Shown here: in pieces, positions 18,108 through 31,553 of the stretch
How the letters are laid out: each line of letters opens with the position of its first letter
Numbering within the stretch: position 1 is the stretch's first letter
Origin: a virus
Lineage: Duplodnaviria > Heunggongvirae > Uroviricota > Caudoviricetes
DNA: 49,376 nucleotides
IMG/VR virus record: IMGVR_UViG_2531839433_000005
Location: 1 to 49,376 of that record
Strand: one strand, 5' to 3'
Made by a program: the position numbers and the translations under genes
The notes under the pieces: generated by a model
What the model saw: only the letters and a program-made list of their open reading frames with translations
What the model was told of the DNA's origin: nothing
The model's database searches: none

Positions 18108-18497
18108 ATGTCTGAACCCTTATCCGGTTCCGGCACGGCTGCGGCGCTCGGTGGGGCGACGGTGTACGGGCTGTTTACCGGAACGGATTTCGGGATTGTG
18201 TTTGGTGCGTTCGCCGGGGCGTTATTTGTGGCAACGATGCCGCAGGCGCTTTCAGTCTGGCGTGTGGTGGCGCATTTTTTGGTGTCGTTTATCGTCGGCG
18301 TGCTGGGGGCGCGCGTGCTGTCAGCCTGGATTGCATCAAAAACAGGGTATGACGGTACATCGGCAGATGCGCTGTGTGCGGTGCTGGTATCGGTGGTGTC
18401 GGTGAAGATTCTGTCGTTCATCCACCAGCAGGATATTGCATCGCTGGTGTCCGGTGTGTTCTCCCGTCTGCGGGGTGGAGGCGGTAATGTTAAGTAA
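18108..18497 (+). CDS. Putative holin (multi-TM membrane protein)
   Basis: 129 aa from ATG with RBS AGGAGA; several Gly/Ala-rich hydrophobic segments; first gene of lysis cassette; a GC hairpin with T-run lies immediately upstream. Confidence 0.55.
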   Translation: MSEPLSGSGTAAALGGATVYGLFTGTDFGIVFGAFAGALFVATMPQALSVWRVVAHFLVSFIVGVLGARVLSAWIASKTGYDGTSADALCAVLVSVVSVKILSFIHQQDIASLVSGVFSRLRGGGGNVK

Positions 18498-18762
18498 CCT
18501 TCCCGGATTACTGAATGTGGTGTTAAGCACGGTTATCGTGCTGACGCTCTTTTTTTATCGTCGTGGTGATTCCAGACATAAACCGCTGATGTCGTGGCTG
18601 GCCTGGCTGCTGATGCTGCTGTATGCCTTTGCGCCACTTTGTTATCTGTGTGGTCGCTTTCCACCCGGTAACTGGCTGGTCGTCCTGATTAACCTGGTGT
18701 TCTGCGTGCTGGTGATACGAGCACGCGGGAACGTATCAAAAATCCTTTCATTACGGAGGTGA
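18487..18762 (+). CDS. Second small membrane protein of lysis cassette (holin/antiholin-like)
   Basis: 91 aa, two or three hydrophobic helices; start overlaps holin stop, end overlaps endolysin start. Confidence 0.5.
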   Translation: MLSNLPGLLNVVLSTVIVLTLFFYRRGDSRHKPLMSWLAWLLMLLYAFAPLCYLCGRFPPGNWLVVLINLVFCVLVIRARGNVSKILSLRR

Positions 18763-18764
18763 GT

Positions 18765-19142
18765 ATGCCCGGTAAATTCAGATTCAGTCGTCGAAGTGAG
18801 AAAAATCTGGAGGGCGTCAAACCACAGCTGGTTGCTGTTGTTCGCCGTGCGCTGGAGCTGACGGAGGTTGACTTCGGTATTACGGAAGGCCTGCGCAGTA
18901 AGTATCGCCAGAAGCAGCTGGTCGCGGAAGGGAAAAGCCAGACCATGAACAGCCGCCACCTGACCGGTGATGCGGTGGATGTTGTGGCCTACATTGGTAG
19001 CCAGGTGTCATGGGACTGGCCTCTGTACGAGAAAATCGCGCAGGCATTTAAGCAGGCTGCCGCAGAGCTGGGAACTGCCATCGAATGGGGCGGGGACTGG
19101 AAAACACTGAAAGACGGGCCTCACTTTCAGTTGAAGCGCTAA
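18765..19142 (+). CDS. Endolysin, peptidase M15 family (L-alanyl-D-glutamate peptidase type)
   Basis: About 125 aa; motif SRHLTGDAVD typical of M15 zinc peptidases; GGAGG RBS; alternative GTG start at 18759. Confidence 0.75.
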   Translation: MPGKFRFSRRSEKNLEGVKPQLVAVVRRALELTEVDFGITEGLRSKYRQKQLVAEGKSQTMNSRHLTGDAVDVVAYIGSQVSWDWPLYEKIAQAFKQAAAELGTAIEWGGDWKTLKDGPHFQLKR

Positions 19143-19156
19143 TAACCAGGTGGTTT

Positions 19157-19339
19157 ATGAGCCGAAAACACTGGACACACAGAATGCCGCGAACGGCGGC
19201 GAAATGGGCACTGGTAGCGATACTGGTGCCTTTTTTCCTGGTGGGATGCGTTAGCCTGGATAAGGTGCGCCAGCTTTTCGATACGGCCTCGCAGGTCTGC
19301 GAAATTGTCGAAAGTGCCAGGCAGTGTATGCAGAACTGA
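19157..19339 (+). CDS. Small lipoprotein (possible spanin-like lysis accessory)
   Basis: 60 aa; signal peptide with lipobox FLVGC; directly follows the endolysin. Confidence 0.5.
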   Translation: MSRKHWTHRMPRTAAKWALVAILVPFFLVGCVSLDKVRQLFDTASQVCEIVESARQCMQN

Positions 19340-19402
19340 TCGCCTGTAAGAGCAGAATATTGTTGAATCTAAGTAAGCGGCTCGTCAGAACCGTATTGAT
19401 AT

Positions 19403-20974
19403 TTACTGAGAGCTCAGATCAACTTTCCAGGGCAACAGATCGCGTACCCGGTTTGCCGGCCAGTCCTGGATATGTTCAATGACGTAGCGCAGCCACTTTT
19501 CTGGCTCCACATTGTTCAGACGGCATGTGCCGATCAGCGAGTACAACACCGCCGCATGTTCACCACCGCTGTCGGAACCCGCGAACATCCACTTTTTCCG
19601 GCCTACGGCCACTCCCCGTAAGGCGTTCTCTGCGATGTTGTTGTCGATTTCCACCCAGCCATTACTGCAGTACACGTTCAGTGCATCCCACTGTTTCAGC
19701 AGGTATGCGAACGCTTTTGCCGTATCTGAGTGACGCGACAGTGTTTTCATCTGTTGCTGTATCCAGTCATACAGTGACTGCATCAGTGGCGCGGCTCTGG
19801 TTTTTCTTGCCGCCAGACGCTGTTCTGCTGAACAGCCCCGGACCTCTGCCTCGATGGCATACAGTTCACCGATACGCTGCAGGGCTTCCGTGGTGATGTC
19901 GGTGGGCGCTCTTGCATGCACATCGTGGATTTTTCTCCGGGCATGAGCCATACACGCGGCTTCCGTTATTCTGCCGGATTCGTATAACGCCCGGTAACCA
20001 CCGTAAGCATCGGCCTGAAGCACACCGCTGTAACCGGCCAGGTGATTTTGTGGATGGATACCTTTCCGGTCCGGACTGTACGCGAACCAGACCGCCGGGG
20101 GCATCTGTGAACCGGCGTTACGGTCATCACGGACGTAGACCCACAGCCGGGCTGTCCGGGTTTTACCGCTGCCCGGCTCCTGGACCGGGACGGGGATATC
20201 ATCAGCATGGACTTTACCGGGCATCAGCACATACTGGCGCAGGACGTCATACAGCGGCTCCAGTAGTTCAGCAACGGCACCTGTCCAGCGCCCCAGTGTG
20301 GCACGGCTCAGCTCCACACCCTGACGGCGGTATATCTCTGACTGGCGGTATAACGGCAGATGGTCTGCATATTTTCCGGTGACGACATGGGCCAGGAGCC
20401 CCGCTCCGGCATAACTGCGTGCAATGGGTTTTGAAGGTACTGGTGCCTGCACGATATGGTCGCACCGACAACAGGCCAGTTTCGGACGTTGTGTTTCGAT
20501 AACCTTAAAGGCGCTGCTGATAAGCTCCAGTTGCTCTGACACATCACATCCCAGAGAACTGAGTTCACCACCACAGGCAGGACAGCATTCCTCTTCCGGC
20601 CGGATAACCCGGGTTTCACGGGGAAGTGAGGCCGGTAACGGTTTACGGGCTGAAGACTGGCGCAGGGCGGATGGCAGTACCGGGTCATATTGCTCACCCA
20701 GCGTTTCCGCCATTTCTTCCTGAAGTGCGCTGATTCGCTCCTGTGCTTCCTGTATCTGCCGTTCGGTTTTTGCACGAAGTTTTTCTGAGCTTTTACCGAA
20801 CTGCATACGTTGCAGTTTCGCAACCAGCGCCTTCAGCCGGTTGATTTCGGAAGCATAAGCCGCCACCCGCTGTGAGAGCAGGCGGTTGTATTCAGCCATC
20901 TGGCGGATGGTGTCCTGTTGCGTCTGCAACAGTGCCCGCAGGCGGGCGTTCTCATGAGCAAGTGAGGTGTCCAT
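19403..20974 (-). CDS. IS66-family transposase (TnpC/orfC)
   Basis: 523 aa; N-terminal coiled-coil/leucine zipper, CxxC zinc-finger-like motifs, DDE-type core as in IS66 transposases. Confidence 0.85.
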   Translation of the reverse strand: MDTSLAHENARLRALLQTQQDTIRQMAEYNRLLSQRVAAYASEINRLKALVAKLQRMQFGKSSEKLRAKTERQIQEAQERISALQEEMAETLGEQYDPVLPSALRQSSARKPLPASLPRETRVIRPEEECCPACGGELSSLGCDVSEQLELISSAFKVIETQRPKLACCRCDHIVQAPVPSKPIARSYAGAGLLAHVVTGKYADHLPLYRQSEIYRRQGVELSRATLGRWTGAVAELLEPLYDVLRQYVLMPGKVHADDIPVPVQEPGSGKTRTARLWVYVRDDRNAGSQMPPAVWFAYSPDRKGIHPQNHLAGYSGVLQADAYGGYRALYESGRITEAACMAHARRKIHDVHARAPTDITTEALQRIGELYAIEAEVRGCSAEQRLAARKTRAAPLMQSLYDWIQQQMKTLSRHSDTAKAFAYLLKQWDALNVYCSNGWVEIDNNIAENALRGVAVGRKKWMFAGSDSGGEHAAVLYSLIGTCRLNNVEPEKWLRYVIEHIQDWPANRVRDLLPWKVDLSSQ

Positions 20975-20993
20975 ATCCTCACTTTACAACGGG

Positions 20994-21341
20994 TTATATG
21001 CGGATTCCAGCGCGTTCCGTTCGTTTCGGGTGCTTCCAGTTGATACCTTCAAGAAGCATGGATAACTGAGCCGGAGTAAGGTGCACCTTGCCGTCACGGG
21101 TGACTGGCCAGACGAAGCGGCCCCGCTCCAGGCGTTTGGTGAAGAGGCACAGTCCGTCACTGTCAGCCCACAACACTTTTATCTGGTCACCCCGGCGTCC
21201 GCGGAAGATGAACAGGTGTCCGGAGAACGGGTCATCCTTCAGGACGTTCTGAACTTTTGATGCCAGGCCGTTAAAGCCATTTCGCATATCGGTGATACCT
21301 GCAACCAGCCAGATACGCGAACCTGCAGGGAGAGATATCAT
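20994..21341 (-). CDS. IS66 accessory protein TnpB (orfB)
   Basis: 115-aa ORF in the characteristic position, overlapping the orfA stop. Confidence 0.8.
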   Translation of the reverse strand: MISLPAGSRIWLVAGITDMRNGFNGLASKVQNVLKDDPFSGHLFIFRGRRGDQIKVLWADSDGLCLFTKRLERGRFVWPVTRDGKVHLTPAQLSMLLEGINWKHPKRTERAGIRI

Positions 21342-22018
21342 CAGTGGCTGCTCCCTTTTATTTCGCGGATAAGTGTCTGTAATAACGCCGGCGTCAGTTT
21401 ACCTTTAAGCCTGAGAGTTCCGGCCGGCAGAACCAGCTCACAACACAGACTGTCGGACGGTGTATTTATCTGCTCTGGTTCCTGTGCGGGGGCCGGGATT
21501 TTATTATCCGGCTCCGGCGTTAACGTCACGGGAAGCAGTGCCGGCATATTTTTTCCGGAAGGCAGCAGGCCACCTTTCCGGTATTGATGGCGCCAGTTGA
21601 AGAGCAGGTTATCGTTGATTCCGTTTTCCCGGGCGATCTGCGCCACACAGGCTCCGGGCTGCAGTGACTGCTCCACTAAGGCGATTTTAAACTCATAAGG
21701 GAAGTTGGGCCGCCGGGGACGTTTTTTTACCACGGGGGCTTCGGATATAACGGTGCTTTCAGGACGTACGACTGGTACCGTGGAAAATTGTCCGTAAAGG
21801 CAGGCATCAAGTTCCTGCTCCGACATGCCTGCGGGCAAAGGCCACGAAAGGCCAGCTCTCCGAAAGCGCACGAACATACTACAAACTGTTGATTTTGGTA
21901 CACCCAGGCGACGCCCGGCCACAACCCGGGGTAAATGTTCTTCAAAGTGAAGACGTAAAGCTTCAGTGATCCAGGTCCGGTGTTTCATACGATAGTGTCC
22001 ATTAAAAATGATGGACAT
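21341..22018 (-). CDS. IS66 accessory protein TnpA (orfA)
   Basis: 225-aa ORF at the upstream end of the IS; HTH-like N-terminus. Confidence 0.7.
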   Translation of the reverse strand: MSIIFNGHYRMKHRTWITEALRLHFEEHLPRVVAGRRLGVPKSTVCSMFVRFRRAGLSWPLPAGMSEQELDACLYGQFSTVPVVRPESTVISEAPVVKKRPRRPNFPYEFKIALVEQSLQPGACVAQIARENGINDNLLFNWRHQYRKGGLLPSGKNMPALLPVTLTPEPDNKIPAPAQEPEQINTPSDSLCCELVLPAGTLRLKGKLTPALLQTLIREIKGSSH

Positions 22019-22133
22019 TATTTTTGTAGAGCCGGAGGAAACAGACCAGACGGTTTAAATGAGCCGGTTACGAATCTAAATTTACTTTGAACAGTGGCCC
22101 GGATGGAAAGGGCATCTAAATAGGAGCAGAAAA

Positions 22134-22343
22134 ATGTTAACTGTAAAAGTCATGTCTCAAAATGGTGGGGAAGAGCTCCATTGCGGGCGTAGCATTGGCT
22201 ATCATCCAGAGCAGCGGAGTATTGCCGTATCGGGAAAGGATGGGAAAGTCATTCTGAAAGATGGAGATATTGCTTATGTAATGAACCAAAACGCTCAAAT
22301 AATATCTGTTTATCGGCCCAATAATAGTCAGAAAAACATTTGA
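22134..22343 (+). CDS. Hypothetical small protein (AT-rich)
   Basis: 69-aa ORF with AGGAG RBS in an AT-rich segment between the IS and cos. Confidence 0.4.
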   Translation: MLTVKVMSQNGGEELHCGRSIGYHPEQRSIAVSGKDGKVILKDGDIAYVMNQNAQIISVYRPNNSQKNI

Positions 22344-22466
22344 ATTTCGCAAGTCCAAAGTTCAGTGGTGATCGTTATCAACTAATTGAAATAACAAGCT
22401 TATGTTTGTGTAATTGGTGATATAGCATGTTAATGCTGAATATCAGCGTCAACATGGAGTTATACA

Positions 22467-22682
22467 ATGGTTTTTAAACACTATTACGTGAACAAAAATG
22501 CTCAGAGCAATGGCGATCATGAGGTGCATGCTGAGGAATGTTCATATCTTCCTGCTGTAGCTAACCGCGATTACCTTGGTTACTATAGTGATTGTTCTTC
22601 GGCGGTAACAGAGGCAAAGGCCAAAGGATATTCCCGGGTGAATGGTTGCTATTGGTGTGCCAATAAGTGCCACACGTCTTAA
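22467..22682 (+). CDS. Hypothetical small Cys-rich protein
   Basis: 71 aa with C..C..CYWCANKCH cysteine cluster; followed by a terminator. Confidence 0.45.
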   Translation: MVFKHYYVNKNAQSNGDHEVHAEECSYLPAVANRDYLGYYSDCSSAVTEAKAKGYSRVNGCYWCANKCHTS

Positions 22683-22701
22683 TCAATTGTCAATAAACCA
22701 T

Positions 22702-22726
22702 AAAGGCCGCTCTGCGGCCTTTTTCA
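22702..22726 (+). terminator. Rho-independent terminator
   Basis: AGGCCGC-TCT-GCGGCCT hairpin followed by TTTTT. Confidence 0.6.
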
Positions 22727-23003
22727 TGTTAAAAAAGATTGCGGCATTACAGCAGCCCTTCACACTGAGTGGCTGCGATAATGTGAGAAATAAAAAACCG
22801 GCAGGGGAAATCCATTGAAGATTTGCCGGTGGCAAAAAGATGGCCATGCTTTCAACCTTAGTCGCAGGGTTACGGAGTGCAACTACGAATGCTGCCGGTA
22901 TATGGCTGAATGGCGTTTCAATGATGTACGTCATCTTATCTGTAAATGTTAATGATAAACGCTCTCATTTGTGCGGGTCCTTCCGGTGGGGTGGCCTGCC
23001 ACG

Positions 23004-23015
23004 GGGCGGAAGGCG
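23004..23015 (+). other. cosN: predicted 12-nt cohesive end (packaging nick site)
   Basis: Flanks ..TCCTTCCGGTG..CACG|GGGCGGAAGGCG|CGCGGGTTTTCGCTATTTATGAAAATTTTCCGG parallel the lambda cos region as recalled; the 12-mer differs from lambda GGGCGGCGACCT in its last six positions. Confidence 0.5.
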
Positions 23016-23175
23016 CGCGGGTTTTCGCTATTTATGAAAATTTTCCGGGGAAAATCATGTCGGTACTTCTCGAACATAACTATTTGTTTTTTCTAATATC
23101 GAATCCGTAAAAGGTCCGACATGAAAACGCCTAAAAAAGTCATTTTCGGGCACTTTCATGTCGGACCCTGTGTTT
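23016..23175 (+). promoter_or_regulatory. cosB-like region with three R-type repeats
   Basis: CATGTCGG at 23056..23063 and 23157..23164 and its reverse complement CCGACATG at 23116..23123, between cosN and nu1. Confidence 0.4.
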
Positions 23176-23191
23176 GTTGTGAGACTGTTTC

Positions 23192-23711
23192 ATGAAGGTT
23201 AATAAAAAGAAACTTGCCGAAATTTTCAACGTGGATCCGCGAACGATTGAACGCTGGCAGTCTCAGGGACTCCCTTGCGTCTCCGGAGGTGGTAAGGGCG
23301 TTGAATCTGTATTTGATACCTCCATGGCAATTCAGTGGTATGCGCAGAGGGAGGCTGATATCGAAAATGAAAAACTCCGTAAAGAGGTTGAGGATTTCAG
23401 GGCTGCCAGTGAGGCAGATCTCCAGCCTGGGACTATTGAGTACGAACGCCATCGACTTACGCGTGCGCAGGCTGACGCCCAGGAGCTGAAGAATGCCAGA
23501 GACTCCGCAGAAGTGGTGGAAACCGCATTCTGTACTTTCGTGCTGTCACGGATCGCAGGTGAAATTGCCAGTATTCTTGACGGGATCCCTCTCTCGGTAC
23601 AGCGGCGTTTTCCGGAACTGGAAAACCGACATGTTGATTTCCTGAAACGGGATATCATCAAAGCCATGAACAAAGCAGCCGCGCTGGATGAACTGATACC
23701 GGGGTTGCTGA

Positions 23712-23737
<26 letters not shown>
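23192..23737 (+). CDS. nu1: Terminase small subunit
   Basis: 181 aa; C-terminal two-thirds match lambda Nu1 as recalled, N-terminal DNA-binding part diverges. Confidence 0.9.
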
Positions 23738-27418
<3,681 letters not shown>

Positions 27419-27438
<20 letters not shown>

Positions 27439-28738
27439 TCTCCCGCATATTGCCAGTATGGCTTTTAATGAGCCGCTGATGCTTGAACCCGCCTATGCGC
27501 GGGTTTTCTTTTGTGCGCTTGCAGGCCAGCTGGGGATCAGCCGCCTGACGGATGCGGTGTCCGGTGACAGCCTGACTGCCGGAGAGGCACCCGCGACGCT
27601 GGCGTTATCCGGTAATGATGACGGGCCACGACAGGCCCGCAGTTATCAGGTCATGAACGGCATCGCCGTGCTGCCGGTGTCCGGCACGCTGGTCAGCCGG
27701 ACGCGGGCGCTGCAGCCGTATTCGGGGATGACCGGTTACAACGGCATTATCGCCCGTCTGCAACAGGCTGCCAGCGACCCGATGGTGGACGGCATTCTGC
27801 TGGATATGGACACGCCCGGCGGAATGGTGGCAGGGGCATTTGACTGCGCTGACATCATCGCCCGTGTGCGTGACATAAAGCCGGTATGGGCGCTGGCCAA
27901 TGACATGAACTGCAGCGCAGGTCAGCTGCTTGCCAGTGCCGCCTCCCGGCGTCTGGTCACGCAGACCGCCCGGACAGGCTCCATCGGCGTCATGATGGCC
28001 CACAGTAATTACGGTGCTGCGCTGGAGAAACAGGGCGTGGAAATCACGCTGATTTACAGCGGCAGCCATAAGGTGGATGGCAACCCCTACAGCCATCTAC
28101 CGGATGATGTCCGGGAGACACTGCAGTCCCGGATGGATGCAACCCGCCGGATGTTTGCACAGAAGGTGTCGGCATATACCGGCCTGTCCGTGCAGGCTGT
28201 GCTGGATACCGAGGCTGCAGTGTACAGCGGTCAGGAGGCCATTGATGCCGGACTGGCTGATGAACTTGTTAACAGTACCGATGCGATCACCGTCATGCGT
28301 GATGCACTGGATGCACGTAAATCCCGTCTCTCAGGAGGGCGAATGACCAAAGAGACTCAATCAACAACTGTTTCAGCCACTGCTTCGCAGGCTGACGTTA
28401 CTGGCGTGGTGCAAGCGACGGAGGGCGAGAACGCCAGCGCTGCGCAGCCGGACGTGAACGCGCAGATCACCGCAGCGGTTGCGGCAGAAAACAGTCGCAT
28501 TATGGGGATCCTCAACTGTGAGGAGGCTCACGGACGCGAAGAACAGGCACGCGTGCTGGCCGAAACCCCCGGTATGACCGTGGAAACGGCCCGCCGTATT
28601 CTGGCCGCAGCACCACAGAGTGCACAGGCGCGCAGTGACACTGCGCTGGATCGTCTGATGCAGGGGGCACCGGCACCGCTGGCTGCAGGTAACCCGGCAT
28701 CTGATGCCGTTAACGATTTGCTGAACACACCAGTGTAA
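27419..28738 (+). CDS. C: Head maturation protease/scaffold C
   Basis: GTG start giving (M)TAELRNLPHIASMAF..; ORF in the track extends further upstream in frame. Confidence 0.8.
28133..28738 (+). CDS. nu3: Scaffolding protein Nu3 (in-frame internal start within C)
   Basis: Internal ATG (MDATRRMFAQ..) in frame with C, as in lambda where Nu3 shares the C-terminal part of C. Confidence 0.6.
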   Translation: MDATRRMFAQKVSAYTGLSVQAVLDTEAAVYSGQEAIDAGLADELVNSTDAITVMRDALDARKSRLSGGRMTKETQSTTVSATASQADVTGVVQATEGENASAAQPDVNAQITAAVAAENSRIMGILNCEEAHGREEQARVLAETPGMTVETARRILAAAPQSAQARSDTALDRLMQGAPAPLAAGNPASDAVNDLLNTPV

Positions 28739-28747
28739 GGGATGTTT

Positions 28748-29080
28748 ATGACGAGCAAAGAAACCTTTACCCATTACCAGCCGCTGGGCAACAGTGACCC
28801 GGCTCATACCGCAACCGCGCCCGGCGGATTGAGTGCGAAAGCGCCTGCAATGACCCCGCTGATGCTGAACACCTCCACCCGTAAGCTGGTTGCGTGGGAT
28901 GGCACCACCGACGGTGCTGCCGTTGGCATTCTGGCGGTTGCTGCTGACCAGACCAGCACCACACTGACGTTCTACAAGTCCGGCACGTTCCGTTATGAGG
29001 ATGTGCTCTGGCCGGAGGCTGCCAGCGACGAGACGAAAAAACGGACCGCGTTTGCCGGAACGGCAATCAGCATCGTTTAA
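28748..29080 (+). CDS. D: Head decoration protein
   Basis: [12 protein letters not shown].. 110 aa, lambda gpD-like. Confidence 0.9.
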   Translation: MTSKETFTHYQPLGNSDPAHTATAPGGLSAKAPAMTPLMLNTSTRKLVAWDGTTDGAAVGILAVAADQTSTTLTFYKSGTFRYEDVLWPEAASDETKKRTAFAGTAISIV

Positions 29081-29135
29081 CCTGACCCTTCATCACTAAA
29101 GGCCGCCTGTGCGGCTTTTTTTACGGGATTTTTTT

Positions 29136-30161
29136 ATGTCGATGTACACAACCGCCCAACTGCTGGCGGCAAATGAGCAGAAATTTAAGTTTGATCCGCT
29201 GTTTCTGCGTCTCTTTTTCCGTGAGAGCTATCCCTTCACCACGGAGAAAGTCTATCTCTCACAAATTCCGGGACTGGTAAACATGGCGCTGTACGTTTCG
29301 CCGATTGTTTCCGGTGAGGTTATCCGCTCCCGTGGCGGCTCCACCTCTGAATTTACACCGGGATATGTCAAGCCCAAGCATGAGGTGAATCCGCAGATGA
29401 CCCTGCGTCGCCTGCCGGATGAAGATCCACAGAATCTGGCGGACCCGGCTTACCGCCGCCGTCGCATCATCCTGCAGAACATGCGAGACGAAGAGCTGGC
29501 CATTGCCCAGGTCGAAGAGATGCAGGCAGTTTCTGCCGTGCTTAAGGGCAAATACACCATGACCGGTGAAGCCTTCGATCCGGTTGAGGTGGATATGGGT
29601 CGCAGTGAAGCGAATAACATCACGCAGTCCGGCAGCACGGAGTGGAGCAAGCGCGACAAGTCCACGTATGACCCGACCGACGATATCGAAGCCTACGCGC
29701 TGAACGCCAGCGGTGTGGTGAATATTATCGTTTTTGATCCGAAAGGCTGGGCGCTGTTCCGTTCCTTCAAAGCCGTCAGGGAGAAGCTGGATACCCGTCG
29801 CGGCTCTCATTCCGAGCTGGAGACAGCGGTGAAAGACCTGGGCAAAGCGGTGTCCTATAAGGGGATGTATGGCGATGTGGCCATCGTCGTGTATTCCGGA
29901 CAGTACGTGGAAAACGGCGTCAAAAAGAACTTTCTGCCGGACAACACGATGGTGCTGGGGAACACTCAGGCTCGCGGTCTGCGCACCTATGGCTGCATTC
30001 AGGATGCGGACGCACAGCGCGAAGGTATTAACGCTTCTGCCCGCTACCCGAAAAACTGGGTGACCAGCGGCGATCCGGCGCGTGAGTTCACCATGATTCA
30101 GTCAGCACCGCTGATGCTGCTGGCTGATCCTGATGAGTTCGTGTCCGTTCAACTGGCGTAA
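29136..30161 (+). CDS. E: Major capsid protein
   Basis: MSMYTTAQLLAANEQ.. 341 aa, lambda gpE-like; preceded by a GC hairpin with T-run. Confidence 0.9.
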   Translation: MSMYTTAQLLAANEQKFKFDPLFLRLFFRESYPFTTEKVYLSQIPGLVNMALYVSPIVSGEVIRSRGGSTSEFTPGYVKPKHEVNPQMTLRRLPDEDPQNLADPAYRRRRIILQNMRDEELAIAQVEEMQAVSAVLKGKYTMTGEAFDPVEVDMGRSEANNITQSGSTEWSKRDKSTYDPTDDIEAYALNASGVVNIIVFDPKGWALFRSFKAVREKLDTRRGSHSELETAVKDLGKAVSYKGMYGDVAIVVYSGQYVENGVKKNFLPDNTMVLGNTQARGLRTYGCIQDADAQREGINASARYPKNWVTSGDPAREFTMIQSAPLMLLADPDEFVSVQLA

Positions 30162-30202
30162 TCATGGCCCTTCGGGGCCATTTTCTCTCTGTGGAGGAGT
30201 CC

Positions 30203-30598
30203 ATGACGAAAGATGAACTGATTGCCCGTCTCCGGTCGCTGGGTGAGCAACTGAACCGTGATGTCAGCCTGACGGGGACGAAAGAAGAACTGGCGCTCCG
30301 TGTGGCAGAGCTGGAAGAGGAGCTTGATGACAAGGATGACGCAGCCGGTCAGGACACGTCTGTCAGCCCGGAAAATGCGCTGACCGGACATGAAAATGAG
30401 GTGGTATCAGCACAGACGGATACCGTGACTGATACGGCTGTTCTGGTCACGGTTGTGGCACTGGTGACGCTGCATACCGATGCACTTCACGCCACGCGGG
30501 ATGAGGCTGTGGCATTTGTGCTGCCGGGAACGGCGTTCCGTGTCTCTGCCGGTGTGGCAGCTGAAATGACAGAGCGCGGCCTGGCCAGAATGCAATAA
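30203..30598 (+). CDS. FI: DNA-packaging/head completion protein FI
   Basis: MTKDELIARLRSLGEQ.. lambda FI-like. Confidence 0.85.
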   Translation: MTKDELIARLRSLGEQLNRDVSLTGTKEELALRVAELEEELDDKDDAAGQDTSVSPENALTGHENEVVSAQTDTVTDTAVLVTVVALVTLHTDALHATRDEAVAFVLPGTAFRVSAGVAAEMTERGLARMQ

Positions 30599-30609
30599 CG
30601 GGAGGCGCT

Positions 30610-30963
30610 GTGGCTGATTTCGATAACCTGTTCGATGCTGCCATTGCCCGCGCCGATGAAACGATACGCGGGTACATGGGAACGTCAGCCACCATGACAT
30701 CCGGTGAGCAGTCCGGCGCAGTAATACGTGGTGTTTTTGATGACCCTGAAAATATCAGCTATGCCGGACAGGGCGTGCGCGTTGAAGGCTCCAGCCCGTC
30801 CCTGTTTGTCCGGACTGATGATGTGCGGCAGCTGCGGCGCGGCGACACGCTGACCATCGGTGAGGAAAACTTCTGGATAGACCGGATTTCGCCGGATGAT
30901 GGCGGAAGCTGTCATCTCTGGCTTGGGCGGGGCGTACCGCCTGCCGTTAACCGTCGCCGCTGA
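30610..30963 (+). CDS. FII: Head-tail joining protein FII
   Basis: 117 aa, MADFDNLFDAAIARADE.., lambda FII-like. Confidence 0.85.
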   Translation: MADFDNLFDAAIARADETIRGYMGTSATMTSGEQSGAVIRGVFDDPENISYAGQGVRVEGSSPSLFVRTDDVRQLRRGDTLTIGEENFWIDRISPDDGGSCHLWLGRGVPPAVNRRR

Positions 30964-30974
30964 AAGGGGGATGT

Positions 30975-31553
30975 ATGGCCATAAAAGGTCTTGAGCAGGC
31001 CGTTGAAAACCTCAGCCGTATCAGCAGAACGGCGGTGCCCGGTGCCGCCGCAATGGCCATTAACCGCGTTGCTTCATCCGCGATATCGCAGTCGGTGGCA
31101 CAGGTTGCCCGTGAGACAAAGGTACGCCGGAAACTGGTAAAGGAAAGGGCCAGGCTGAAAAGGGCCACGGTCAAAAATCCGCAGGCCAGAATCAAGGTTA
31201 ACCGGGGGGATTTGCCCGTAATCAAGCTGGGTAACGCGCGGGTTGTCCTGTCCCGCCGCAGGCGTCGTAAAAAGGGGCAGCGTTCAGCCCTGAAAGGTGG
31301 CGGCAGTGTGCTTGTGGTGGGAAACCGTCGTATTCCCGGCACGTTTATTCAGCAACTGAAAAACGGCCGGTGGCATGTTATGCAGCGTGTGGCCGGGAAA
31401 AACCGTTACCCCATTGATGTAGTGAAAATCCCGATGGCGGTGCCGCTGACCACGGCGTTTAAACAGAATATTGAACGGATACGGCGTGAACGTCTTCCGA
31501 AAGAGCTGGGCTATGCGCTGCAGCATCAACTGAGAATGGTAATAAAGCGATGA
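30975..31553 (+). CDS. Z: Tail completion protein Z
   Basis: 192 aa, lambda Z-like. Confidence 0.85.
   Translation: MAIKGLEQAVENLSRISRTAVPGAAAMAINRVASSAISQSVAQVARETKVRRKLVKERARLKRATVKNPQARIKVNRGDLPVIKLGNARVVLSRRRRRKKGQRSALKGGGSVLVVGNRRIPGTFIQQLKNGRWHVMQRVAGKNRYPIDVVKIPMAVPLTTAFKQNIERIRRERLPKELGYALQHQLRMVIKR

Larger units (their letters stand above)
19373..22071 (-). mobile_element. IS66-family insertion sequence (three-ORF type) with 8-bp target-site duplication
   Basis: Terminal inverted repeats starting GTAAGCGGCTC (19373) and GTAACCGGCTC (rc of 22061..22071); flanked by direct repeat GAATCTAA at 19365..19372 and 22072..22079. Confidence 0.85.

Noticed and set aside
17660-18421. ORFs 17660..18019 (+), 17954..18421 (-) and 17956..18405 (+) around the tRNA-lysis junction
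   Set aside because: They overlap terminator hairpins and the holin gene in alternative frames or strands; the holin frame has the RBS and membrane-protein character.
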